The notes under the pieces: model-generated
The model's database searches: none
What the model was told of the DNA's origin: nothing
What the model saw: the letters and a program-made list of their open reading frames with translations, nothing else
Made by a program: the position numbers and the translations under genes
Shown: in pieces, positions 35,955-44,585 of the stretch
Position numbering within the stretch: the first letter of the stretch is position 1
Layout of the letters: each line of letters begins with the position of its first letter
Virus record (IMG/VR): IMGVR_UViG_3300029825_000539
Coordinates: 1 to 52,814 of that record
DNA: 52,814 bases
Strand: one strand, 5' to 3'
Source of the DNA: a virus
Lineage: Duplodnaviria; Caudoviricetes

Positions 35955-36257
35955 ATGATTTATACAACACGTAACGGTAAGAAAATTGACACAAGAAATT
36001 GGCCGGAAGGGCATAAAAAATTCCTTAGAAAAGCTTATGTTTGGTACTATCAAGATGTAAAATATATCGATTTTGTTAATATGATATTCGGCGCTAGTAG
36101 TCCTGTATTAAAACTAAGTTCAAATGGGCCAGAACCAACTAAAACTACTTTATACGAAGCAGTAACCGATCTGCAGTTTAGACTCGGTGTAAAACAGGGC
36201 CACTTTAGTAAGGATTGGGAAGGAGATGTTGAACCAATATGGCCAATAAAAGAGTAA
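35955..36257 (+). CDS. Hypothetical protein co-transcribed with the SAM-lyase-like gene
   Basis: AGGAGG RBS, 100 aa. Confidence 0.7.
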   Translation: MIYTTRNGKKIDTRNWPEGHKKFLRKAYVWYYQDVKYIDFVNMIFGASSPVLKLSSNGPEPTKTTLYEAVTDLQFRLGVKQGHFSKDWEGDVEPIWPIKE

Positions 36258-36414
36258 ATATATCAATACCTGAAGCTTTGCATGAAATTCTTAAGGACCT
36301 TTCGGACAAATATTACGAAGGCAATTTTAGCAGATTTCTTACAGATGCTGGGTTGTATTATGCTGGGGTGTTGGATAAAAGAGAGGAAAACAATAGCGAG
36401 AATGTTGATAATGT

Positions 36415-37386
36415 TTAACTTAGTTTCTCCATATATTCGGCAACATCTTCATAATCCATGTTTTGAGAATATACTGCTGCTAATTGAGTTTTAGCTTTTT
36501 TCGCATCACCTAAAGCAAAATAACTTATACCTAGCCAATATTTAGCTTCTAATACATCTTCGTCAAAAGTTCTCCTTAAGACAGGCCCTTGTTTAAATTG
36601 TTCTACAGCTGCTTCATACTGACTAAGATAGTAAAAGCATTTTCCTAATGACATATAACGCATTTTCTTAACTAAAGTATTTTCGTTTTCAGCAACTTTT
36701 TGCCATTCTCTTACAGCGTTATTATAGTCATTTAACTCCATATAAGAATCAGCAATAATTATTTGGGCCATAAAACGATCTTCGTGATTAGCGTTTACCC
36801 CATTTATTAACGTCATTGAAGTAGTGATTGCATCTTCGTAACGTCCTAATTTATCATGGCATATAATAGAAAAGAGCATTTTCGGCGGTATATATGTTCT
36901 ATCTTCGTTAAGAGATTTATTTATAAATTCCAGAGCTTTGTTGTAATGTGCATTTCTATAGGCCATTACTGCTAAGTTGTGGTATTTTACTTTCTTATAT
37001 TCTGGTCTATTCTTATACACAAAATTTATTATTAAACTAATAGCGAAAATCCACCAACCTAATGAATTTATAAATGCAAAGATTAGGCTTAGAACAATAA
37101 GTATACAGCCAGGATTTTTAAGATCTTCAAAAGGATATTCTTTTTCAGTTATGATATTCGTGTTGTTTTTTGTCGTTCTATAATTGGTTTTGTGGTATGG
37201 TTTAGAACCAGTTGAAGTAGAGTAAGACACCCCAGTTCCTGGTAGCGAGTAAGTTGAGCGCATTCCTTTTGAGCCAATGTTTAATGTATGGCCTTTGCCA
37301 CCAAAACTTAAACTGGAGCTTTTTGCACCTAAGTTAAGCCGGACACCTTTTGCGAGTTTAATTGATTTACGAAACCTTAATCCCAT
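36415..37386 (-). CDS. DUF4236-domain membrane protein with TPR repeats
   Basis: MGLRFRKSIKLAKGVRLN...PGTGVSY; two TM helices; TPR-like helices. Confidence 0.85.
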   Translation of the reverse strand: MGLRFRKSIKLAKGVRLNLGAKSSSLSFGGKGHTLNIGSKGMRSTYSLPGTGVSYSTSTGSKPYHKTNYRTTKNNTNIITEKEYPFEDLKNPGCILIVLSLIFAFINSLGWWIFAISLIINFVYKNRPEYKKVKYHNLAVMAYRNAHYNKALEFINKSLNEDRTYIPPKMLFSIICHDKLGRYEDAITTSMTLINGVNANHEDRFMAQIIIADSYMELNDYNNAVREWQKVAENENTLVKKMRYMSLGKCFYYLSQYEAAVEQFKQGPVLRRTFDEDVLEAKYWLGISYFALGDAKKAKTQLAAVYSQNMDYEDVAEYMEKLS

Positions 37387-37967
37387 TATGAATCACCTCT
37401 GTCAAAGAGTATGTTTGCTATTATAAGTAATTCAATAGTTTCTTTATCATAATCTTTGACTGGTACATCATCGTATATTGTTTTATATCCGTTAGGATTG
37501 TGACGGTAATATCCTTTTACTTTTTTACCTTTTTTTGTAGTATACCCATTTACCCATATATCGCCAGTATAAATGGTTTTAGCTTGTCTAATTGTTTGTG
37601 GTTTAGAAAGGATAACAATGTTCGACGTATTAGTTGTAAGCAAGAGTAAAGTTACTATTGCTGATTTAGAGGATAAAACAATTTGATCTATATTGTTTAC
37701 TTCTACTAGAAAACCCAATTTACTTAATGTAGCGATAATTGAATCCATTGCTACTCGCTCTTGTAAGCAAGTGGTTGGTATTTCGCGTATACTGGTATCT
37801 AATCCAGATTCGTTGAAGAGTTGTATTAGAATTTCTTTGGTAGTGGAAACTTCACCATTTACAAACGATTCATTTGCTTTATCCAATGTATATTCGGACG
37901 CAAAACTTACTGAAGAAAGTGTTGCTAAGATAATTAAAAAACAGTAAACTATACGTTTGTTGAGCAT
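37386..37967 (-). CDS. Secreted hypothetical protein
   Basis: Signal peptide ending SFA-SE; WVNGYTTKKGKKVKGYYR basic motif. Confidence 0.6.
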   Translation of the reverse strand: MLNKRIVYCFLIILATLSSVSFASEYTLDKANESFVNGEVSTTKEILIQLFNESGLDTSIREIPTTCLQERVAMDSIIATLSKLGFLVEVNNIDQIVLSSKSAIVTLLLLTTNTSNIVILSKPQTIRQAKTIYTGDIWVNGYTTKKGKKVKGYYRHNPNGYKTIYDDVPVKDYDKETIELLIIANILFDRGDS

Positions 37968-38089
37968 AAGATATACACCCCTTAGTTTGTATTGAACCAA
38001 AGCGTTTTAAATAATATCATGTAGCAATACTTTCTTTATATACGATTTAATACCTTCCAAATAAAAGACTTTCTGCGCCTTTGGATAGC

Positions 38090-38881
38090 TTAAAAATTAG
38101 CTCCACTTAAATCCCTAGCTATGTCCTCTGTAGTTAGTTGTAGATATATCTGGGTAGTGGCTAGGCTTTCATGGCCAAGAATACGGCGTATTGTTTCTAA
38201 GTTTGCACCTTTCCTTAAATAGAGAGTAGCCGATGTGTGCCTTAAAAGGTGCGGGTGCACATTTACCCGAGTTATGCCTGCTTTGTTGCCAAGATTAGAG
38301 ATTATTTTTCTCAAGTTACGGTCACTCATAGAAAAAAGGCGGTCACTAGGCAGCATTCTTTTAGTGTATGTTTTTAGCTGTTTTTGCAGCTGTCTATCCA
38401 CTATGGGAATCTGCCTATCTTTTGCCCCTTTGCTTTGCCGTATGGTAAGAATGGTTAAACCTTTATCCTCTACAATATCACCTGCCGTTAAAGATAGAAG
38501 ATCAGATTCTCTTATTCCTGTACGTAGCAATATATTCACGATCAAACTATCTCTTTCTGGTGAGCTGGTTCTACCAGCTTCATGGATCAATGCCTTGGCT
38601 TCTGCTTCGGTAAGAGCATTAGGAAGTCTTTTTTCTGATTTTATTGGAGGCAAGTCTAGCAAAAGTCCGGCCCATTTTGCATACGAAGCAAGAGAGGTCC
38701 TTTTTCTAGCTATGGTCTTGTTAGTGAGACCTTGGCTTTTTAATTGTGTAAACCAATCAGAAGGAGATAGGCCACTTTTAAGCCATTGACCGACATCAAA
38801 AGTAAAAGCTTTAATAGTATGTGGTGAAAGACCTCTTCCTTGGAGATAATTAGCAAATTCTTCAATGGTTCCGATAGTCAT
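38090..38881 (-). CDS. XerC/XerD-family tyrosine recombinase (resolvase-type)
   Basis: TGIRESD, SKGAKDR, HPHLLRHT, LGH, TQIY; short, no arm-binding domain. Confidence 0.9.
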   Translation of the reverse strand: MTIGTIEEFANYLQGRGLSPHTIKAFTFDVGQWLKSGLSPSDWFTQLKSQGLTNKTIARKRTSLASYAKWAGLLLDLPPIKSEKRLPNALTEAEAKALIHEAGRTSSPERDSLIVNILLRTGIRESDLLSLTAGDIVEDKGLTILTIRQSKGAKDRQIPIVDRQLQKQLKTYTKRMLPSDRLFSMSDRNLRKIISNLGNKAGITRVNVHPHLLRHTSATLYLRKGANLETIRRILGHESLATTQIYLQLTTEDIARDLSGANF

Positions 38882-38930
38882 TATAAACACCTCGCTATTA
38901 GGAACTAAAAGAGTGGTTTAGCAAGTATAT

Positions 38931-38958
38931 AGTACCTATAGTTATTACTATAGGTACT
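38931..38958. other. dif-like recombination site (11-6-11 palindrome)
   Basis: AGTACCTATAG-TTATTA-CTATAGGTACT about 50 bp upstream of the recombinase. Confidence 0.7.
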
Positions 38959-39259
38959 TAGACTGGAAGAAGAACCCGGCTAAGAGCCGGGCTATATATC
39001 TAAAATAAGGCGCAGCTTCATATGTTGCTTGATAATATAGAGTAGATTCTGTTATATATTCATTATACTCAGGGGCTCTTTTGGCAAGTTCTAAAGCTGC
39101 TTCAAAGTTAGTTGATCTAGATTTTGAGAACGACACAGTAGCAAACCAAGGTTCTTTTTTAACAGTGAATAGGTTTGCTAACTGCTCTTTGTTTGCTTTA
39201 GAGATATCAATATATTTTAAGCTATTGGCATTATTTATGGAAGGTAAAGAGTTATTCAT
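38948..39259 (-). pseudogene. Hypothetical ORF, probably 3'-truncated
   Basis: AGGAGG RBS; last codons run through a GCCCGGCT/AGCCGGGT hairpin and into the dif-like site. Confidence 0.4.
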
Positions 39260-39287
39260 TTTACTATTCACCTCCTAAATGATAATA

Positions 39288-39869
39288 TTAAAACTCATCT
39301 GCAGTTTGCTTGATAATTTTGTCTAGATTTTCAACCGGTAGGAAATCATCTTTTATTTCAATAGTGAAGTAATAGTTAATTTCCCAGATAGCGGTAATAT
39401 AATCTTGATGTCCAATAATATTAAAAACAATACCTCGATCTGGTAAGTTCCACCAGGTAAAAATTCTCATAAAAAAACTATCTTTAAATTCATCTATAGA
39501 CGGTATAGTGGACTTATATAGAGGTGGTCCATACTTTTCAATTAAAACATTTATGATAAAGGTTAACTCTTCACTTAATTCATTAGTAAAGTTTTCGTAG
39601 TTGGATTTGCTATGAAATATTAATTTTTGTAATATCGCTTCTTGGTAGAACACTGGTTCGACAGTAAATTGATAATATCCAACCGTTGCATTAAATGTTT
39701 CATCTATGTTCAAGATTAGTGAAGAGTCGTTTAATATCTTTTTTTTTACAATATCTTTTGTATCGCCAAACATTATATTTCGGTAAGCCTTGTAATCAGG
39801 TGCTGTGCTTGCATATATAGACATAGCCAGAGCAATAATTATGCATATTACACAGGCAACTTTTTTCAT
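39288..39869 (-). CDS. Secreted hypothetical protein (lysogenic-conversion or superinfection-exclusion candidate)
   Basis: MKKVACVICIIIALAMSIYA signal peptide; in the repressor operon. Confidence 0.65.
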   Translation of the reverse strand: MKKVACVICIIIALAMSIYASTAPDYKAYRNIMFGDTKDIVKKKILNDSSLILNIDETFNATVGYYQFTVEPVFYQEAILQKLIFHSKSNYENFTNELSEELTFIINVLIEKYGPPLYKSTIPSIDEFKDSFFMRIFTWWNLPDRGIVFNIIGHQDYITAIWEINYYFTIEIKDDFLPVENLDKIIKQTADEF

Positions 39870-39895
39870 ATATATCACCTTTTCATAAGATAAAA

Positions 39896-40312
39896 TTAGC
39901 ACAGCTCGTCTCTCACTTTGGCAATAAGTTCTTCTGTCACATCGTATTTTTCGGCTATTTCCCACGTTTCGCCAGCGAAAGATTCAATAAGCAAATAAGC
40001 AGCAAAAAGGTCTGCTCTTTTTTCTGATTTTGTCGCTCTTATATTATCAGATAAGTGCATACACAGCTCATAATTAGGATCTAGACAATAGTGCCCAAGC
40101 TCATGAGCTATAGCATAACGTTTCTTACCTTCATTAAGGTTTCTATTGACAATAATAAAAGAGTAGCTAGATTCGGTACATAAAAACCCACTCATTCTCG
40201 CCGGCAGAGGTTTTTCAATGATTTGAATACCTAACTGTTTTGCAATAAATCGTGGGTCACGTGATTTGTATTTACTTATAAGTCCAACAGCCTTCTTTTG
40301 CGCCGTGCTCAT
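39896..40312 (-). CDS. ImmA/IrrE-family metalloprotease (antirepressor protease)
   Basis: RYAIAHELGH...EKRADLFAAYLL; next to the repressor. Confidence 0.9.
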   Translation of the reverse strand: MSTAQKKAVGLISKYKSRDPRFIAKQLGIQIIEKPLPARMSGFLCTESSYSFIIVNRNLNEGKKRYAIAHELGHYCLDPNYELCMHLSDNIRATKSEKRADLFAAYLLIESFAGETWEIAEKYDVTEELIAKVRDELC

Positions 40313-40377
40313 ACTTATCACCTCGAATAAATAGTATATTTTTAAGCTTATCACGACGCTATGACACCAGTTTGTCA

Positions 40378-40755
40378 CTAGGTGTCTTTTTCTTTTTCAT
40401 CTACTTTTTGTTTGAGCACTTTAATGATAGAAACTACGGCCTCCTTCTCTTCTAAAGTAAGAGGTTCTCCGCAGAAAAGGACTCTTTTTTCGCTAAGAAT
40501 TTTATCTAATTCATAGTGACGATGTTCTTCTTCTTTTGTTAATCCATCTGGATTATCTGCTCGGCCAAGAAGATAATCCAAAGAGACCGTAAAAAAATCT
40601 GCCAGTTTTTGAAGGGTGTCAAAACCAGGCGTTCTTCTATCTGATTCCCAAGAAGCAATGGAACTTCTGGAGATGTTAAGCATATTACCAAGCTCTTCTT
40701 GTGTAAGATGCTTCTTTTCTCTTAATTCTTTAAGGCGGGTAGCGAAAGAAGACAT
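40378..40755 (-). CDS. CI/ImmR-like XRE repressor
   Basis: RLKELREKKHLTQEELG HTH; SLDYLLGR. Confidence 0.9.
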   Translation of the reverse strand: MSSFATRLKELREKKHLTQEELGNMLNISRSSIASWESDRRTPGFDTLQKLADFFTVSLDYLLGRADNPDGLTKEEEHRHYELDKILSEKRVLFCGEPLTLEEKEAVVSIIKVLKQKVDEKEKDT

Positions 40756-40794
40756 TTTTAAGCCACTCCTTTATGTGACTATTTTATCGCTATC

Positions 40795-40895
40795 TGTTGC
40801 TAAGGGCAACTACTTTTATCTATGTCACTAGAGGTAACAGAAAGTTCTTGACAGTTGCGTAATGTAACTTTATAATGAAGTTACACAGTGTGACA
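40795..40895. promoter_or_regulatory. Lysis-lysogeny switch: consensus promoter (40848-40876, +) with four 17-bp palindromic operators
   Basis: TGTTGC-N5-GCAACT 40795, TGTCAC-N5-GTAACA 40823, AGTTGC-N5-GTAACT 40853, AGTTAC-N5-GTGACA 40879; TTGACA-17-TATAAT. Confidence 0.8.
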
Positions 40896-40912
40896 ATCAA
40901 AGGAGTGAGAAC

Positions 40913-41104
40913 ATGAAATCTAAAATTGAACAAATTAGAAGAGATAAAAAATTAACACACGAGCAAATAGCACGCGCTGTTGGAATAAGCAGATCGTTTT
41001 ATACACAAATAGAAAACGGAAACAGAAACCCTTCATTAGAAGTAGCTATTAAACTAGCACAAGAGCTAGATTGTAAAGTAGAAGAAATTTTTTTTAGCAA
41101 ATAA
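40913..41104 (+). CDS. Cro-like XRE protein
   Basis: 63-aa HTH, divergent from the repressor. Confidence 0.9.
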   Translation: MKSKIEQIRRDKKLTHEQIARAVGISRSFYTQIENGNRNPSLEVAIKLAQELDCKVEEIFFSK

Positions 41105-41158
41105 TGTCTCGCTGTGTACACATCGTTTTTAAAATGAAATAAAAAAGAAGGTGATTTA

Positions 41159-41971
41159 ATGCAGTTGGTTGAGCAAAAGTCAGTGCAATTTGAGGGAAGT
41201 GAACTGTTGGTTGCCAGAACGAGTAATGACAAAATTTATGTAGCAATTAAATGGGTTTGTCTAGGAATAGGACTTACTGATGGTCAGTATCAAAATCAAA
41301 CCAGGAAAATAAACGACGATGTAGTTCTTTGCAAAGGTGTTGCAAAATTGCAACTCCCTACACCTGGGGGAACGCAAGATGTTTTGTGTATAGAAATAGA
41401 TTATCTTCCATTATGGCTAGCAAAAATCAATGCAAACATAATTGAAAACTTTATCGTAAAAGAGAAATTGGTCAATTACCAACTTAGAGCCAAAGATGTT
41501 TTATCAAATGCATTTTTGCCACAAGCAAAAACTCCACAAACTGAACTCGAAGCTCTAGCAGCTCTAGGTAATGCAGTTTCACTCATGGCTAATCAAATGA
41601 TACAAGCGCAACAAAAGGTTGAAGTCTTAGAAACTAAAGTAACAAACATTCAAGAAGCTTTCGACCCAGAATTACATGATAAACCTTGGAGAACTTGGGT
41701 AAAAACATCTATTTCAAGGCTAGCCAAATCTAAAGGCGGTTATGCAGATGATTACCAAACTACTTACGCTAATCTCTACGCTCTTCTGGAACAAAGAGCT
41801 GGTTGCAGACTTACAGAGAGGCTTAATAACAGAAAAGAGAGAGCTAGAAGGCTTGGCTTACCTAAAAGCGGAGTAGAAAAGCTTAATCACATAGACGTAA
41901 TCGAAGCTGATAAGAGGTTAAAAGAGATATTTACATCGCTAATTAGAGAAGCCTTAGTAGCTATAGCTTAA
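41159..41971 (+). CDS. Antirepressor with P22_AR N-terminal domain
   Basis: VQFEGSEL...IYVAIKWVC...LPLWLAKIN. Confidence 0.85.
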   Translation: MQLVEQKSVQFEGSELLVARTSNDKIYVAIKWVCLGIGLTDGQYQNQTRKINDDVVLCKGVAKLQLPTPGGTQDVLCIEIDYLPLWLAKINANIIENFIVKEKLVNYQLRAKDVLSNAFLPQAKTPQTELEALAALGNAVSLMANQMIQAQQKVEVLETKVTNIQEAFDPELHDKPWRTWVKTSISRLAKSKGGYADDYQTTYANLYALLEQRAGCRLTERLNNRKERARRLGLPKSGVEKLNHIDVIEADKRLKEIFTSLIREALVAIA

Positions 41972-41989
41972 AAAAAAGGAGGTTATCTA

Positions 41990-42307
41990 ATGCAAGACCA
42001 AGACAAAAGCGCACTTTCTAAAGTGCAAATGATCGATATTATCAACGAACTAGACAGACGCAACGGTTATTGTCACCGCGAGATAAAAGCAGACTTATCT
42101 CATTACACAAACATTGAGTTACTGGCAGAGATTCAAAACAGAGTAAATCCGTCTATGTTCCACAACCCGATAGATGTTAAGTATTTTAGCGAAGATAGCT
42201 CTGCAGAAATTACAGTAACAGAATCTGGTCGTAAATATATCAAAGGCATAAAGAAAGGTCCAATAATTGTTATCACTATAGCCGCTAGTGAGATTCATGA
42301 AAAATGA
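41990..42307 (+). CDS. Hypothetical protein
   Basis: GGAGG RBS; duplicated LS..T..EL..E...R unit. Confidence 0.6.
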   Translation: MQDQDKSALSKVQMIDIINELDRRNGYCHREIKADLSHYTNIELLAEIQNRVNPSMFHNPIDVKYFSEDSSAEITVTESGRKYIKGIKKGPIIVITIAASEIHEK

Positions 42308-42512
42308 GATATAGATAGTTATAGTAAAACGAATCTTTATCTTTAGCGTTTACCAGATCAGTAAACCAGTCTTCAGTTAGTGGTTGCCAAACATACACAG
42401 CGCCATATCTCATATGCAGGGTTAATGATTTGTTATCCGCATCATATTCAGCGTAGCTAATTTCTTTTGAGTTAATTGTAGCTCTTTTGATGCAATTGTT
42501 TTGGTTACACAT
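42285..42512 (-). CDS. KTSC-domain protein
   Basis: SKEISYAEYDADNKSLTLHMRYGAVYVW...LVNAKDKDSFY. Confidence 0.7.
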   Translation of the reverse strand: MCNQNNCIKRATINSKEISYAEYDADNKSLTLHMRYGAVYVWQPLTEDWFTDLVNAKDKDSFYYNYLYLIFHESH

Positions 42513-42526
42513 AACACAGACACCTC

Positions 42527-42838
42527 TTAATGATTGTGCTTTTTAATTCCATCAATAAACTTCACTAAATGAGTTATTTCCTCAGGGTTGATTCCTGAAA
42601 GAGAGTCTATAAGTTCTGTTATGTGTTGTGATGATTCACCAGTATTTGTAGCAAAAAAATTAGAAAGAGATATTTCCAAAACATCACATATTTTTTCGAG
42701 AGAATCTAAGGAAGGTTTGCTTACTCCCGTTTCGATCTTAGCTATTTGAGATTGGGTAAGACCTGCTTTTTTAGCAAGGGTACTGCCAGACAGCCCCTTT
42801 AATTCTCTTAGTTTTCTAATCCTTGCACCTACATTCAT
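42527..42838 (-). CDS. Second XRE repressor
   Basis: HTH_3 pattern, GGAG RBS. Confidence 0.85.
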   Translation of the reverse strand: MNVGARIRKLRELKGLSGSTLAKKAGLTQSQIAKIETGVSKPSLDSLEKICDVLEISLSNFFATNTGESSQHITELIDSLSGINPEEITHLVKFIDGIKKHNH

Positions 42839-42910
42839 TAAAGCACTCCCTTTAGATATTCCTCTTATTCATATACAAGCATACCAAATAGATGATAACA
42901 ACATCAACCT

Positions 42911-42962
42911 ATGAAAAAAATTCATATTTAGGGTTGACATAATGAATTACATTCATTAAAAT
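42911..42962 (+). promoter_or_regulatory. Second switch: TTGACA-17-TAAAAT promoter with ATGAA-N5-TTCAT operators
   Basis: Operators at 42911-42925 and 42942-42956; -35 at 42934. Confidence 0.7.
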
Positions 42963-42973
42963 TAAGATAGGAG

Positions 42974-43210
42974 GTGAGGTTCTTGTCTAAAGTAGGATTA
43001 AATATTCGCAAGTTAAGAGAAGCTAGGGGCTTAACACAAGAAGAACTAGCCTCTGGAGCTAAGTTAAAACAGTCCCATATAAGCAAGTTAGAAAGCGGAG
43101 TAACAGAAGGATCTTTATCCAGCCTTAGAAGGATTGCTGATGTATTAAACGTGCCAGTAAGTGAATTGCTTGGCAGTTGCGACGAAAAAAGAGAAAAGGA
43201 GGCTATTTAA
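42974..43210 (+). CDS. Second Cro-like XRE protein
   Basis: HTH_3 pattern, divergent from 42527-42838. Confidence 0.85.
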   Translation: MRFLSKVGLNIRKLREARGLTQEELASGAKLKQSHISKLESGVTEGSLSSLRRIADVLNVPVSELLGSCDEKREKEAI

Positions 43211-43629
43211 TGTTATTAGAGTCTGACCCCAAAATTGATGAGTATTTGCTCATTAAAAAAGAGGACGATGAACTACATCACATGGATCCTCCGGTACGAG
43301 AACCTAAGCCCTGGATGTGGGCTAGTATGTGGCAAAAGGATTCTAAATTCAAAGATTCGTTAGTTTCTGTAATTATTATCAATGAGCGACCTGTAGCGGC
43401 TGTCGTTAGACCAGCTGCAACAGACGAGTGGTGCCGCAAGCAACGTTATATGGCTTGGGTGGTCGATTCAAAGAAGCCAATGTTTGTAGAATCCCATAGG
43501 ATTCTCGACACAAAAGAAGCGGCTATGAGAGAAGCTACAGCAATGTTGTGCAGATATTTAACAGCAATTACAGAAAAGGAGGTGTCTATGTATGTGGGAG
43601 GAGAGAACACCAACAGAGTACATGCTTAG
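43210..43629 (+). CDS. Hypothetical protein
   Basis: AGGAGG RBS, TAATG coupling. Confidence 0.65.
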   Translation: MLLESDPKIDEYLLIKKEDDELHHMDPPVREPKPWMWASMWQKDSKFKDSLVSVIIINERPVAAVVRPAATDEWCRKQRYMAWVVDSKKPMFVESHRILDTKEAAMREATAMLCRYLTAITEKEVSMYVGGENTNRVHA

Positions 43630-43858
43630 GGTATTGCTTGATACACCAGCTGGAAACAGAGAGATTAGATTGGTTATCTACAAAGATGATGTTTATGGTT
43701 GGTGCGCTTGTGTTGCAGATCTTAAAGCATCTAAAGCTACGCATTGGCAAAGTGGTATGAAGAGCGTAAACGAAGCTAAGACAGTTGCAAGCCGGCTTTT
43801 GGGTGAGTATATACGCTATTTAGAAAGCGTATTCAACCAACAAAAGCTTTTAGCTTAA
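43592..43858 (+). CDS. Hypothetical protein
   Basis: AGGAGG RBS. Confidence 0.65.
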   Translation: MWEERTPTEYMLRVLLDTPAGNREIRLVIYKDDVYGWCACVADLKASKATHWQSGMKSVNEAKTVASRLLGEYIRYLESVFNQQKLLA

Positions 43859-43930
43859 CTATAGTTTAGCATCTTTATTATGTATTCCAACTAACACAAT
43901 GTTCCGATTCACACACAAGGAGGGGTCATT

Positions 43931-44497
43931 ATGTCACTTGTAAGCGCAATGTTACGCAAAGAACGTTTAGCGCAAGGAGTTACTCAAGAGGAGCTTGCTA
44001 AAGTCGCTAACGTGAGCAGAACAGCATTGGCTAGTTATGAGTCTGGTGTACGTAAGATTCCGGATGATGTGCTAGGGAGAGTAATAAACCATCTTGGATC
44101 AGTTGAATTGCAAAGTCAGAAGTGTTGGGAATGTGAAGTTAACGTTTTTTTACTCCCTCTGTTAGACCAGGTTGATAGACACCCTATGGCAGTACGAACA
44201 AAACTTATTGAAGAACTTAAGGAAGCAGTTACTGCATTAGAAGAGCTTGGTCTGGTTAATAAGCTCACAGCAGAAAGCCTGAGTGAATATGAAAGAGTAA
44301 AGCTCAACGAGGTTTTGATACAGATATTAGACGTTATACCAGCGATACAGCTATTTGTTAATGCGGTAGCTCATCACTATGATGTACCACTTGGGGACCT
44401 TAAAGCAAATATGTACGCAAAATGCAGAAGCAAAGGATATCATAGCAACCCTAATGAGACCAGGGTAATAAAAAACGCTGCCCCTAGCAGCAACTAG
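43931..44497 (+). CDS. XRE HTH regulator with C-terminal helical domain
   Basis: N-terminal HTH, CxxC. Confidence 0.8.
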   Translation: MSLVSAMLRKERLAQGVTQEELAKVANVSRTALASYESGVRKIPDDVLGRVINHLGSVELQSQKCWECEVNVFLLPLLDQVDRHPMAVRTKLIEELKEAVTALEELGLVNKLTAESLSEYERVKLNEVLIQILDVIPAIQLFVNAVAHHYDVPLGDLKANMYAKCRSKGYHSNPNETRVIKNAAPSSN

Positions 44498-44529
44498 GAA
44501 CAGCAAAAAGACATAAAAATAAACTTCCT
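44470..44529 (-). ncRNA. Candidate antisense sRNA in the early lytic operon
   Basis: Minus-strand TTGTCC-17-TAGAAT (44564-44536) with extended TG; terminator hairpin 44477-44504 plus T6. Confidence 0.45.
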
Positions 44530-44585
44530 ACCTCTATTCTAACACGAGGATAGAGGTAGGACAAGCCTAAAAGGAGGATGTCGCA

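Noticed and set aside
36282-36494. 70-aa + strand ORF
   Set aside because: No RBS and overlaps the convergent DUF4236 gene
38090-38881. Canonical prophage integrase with attL/attR
   Set aside because: Lacks an arm-binding domain and phage genes continue on both sides
38931-38958. Protelomerase telomere site (linear N15-like prophage)
   Set aside because: Palindrome is short with an asymmetric centre and the adjacent enzyme is a ~263-aa Xer-type protein, not a protelomerase
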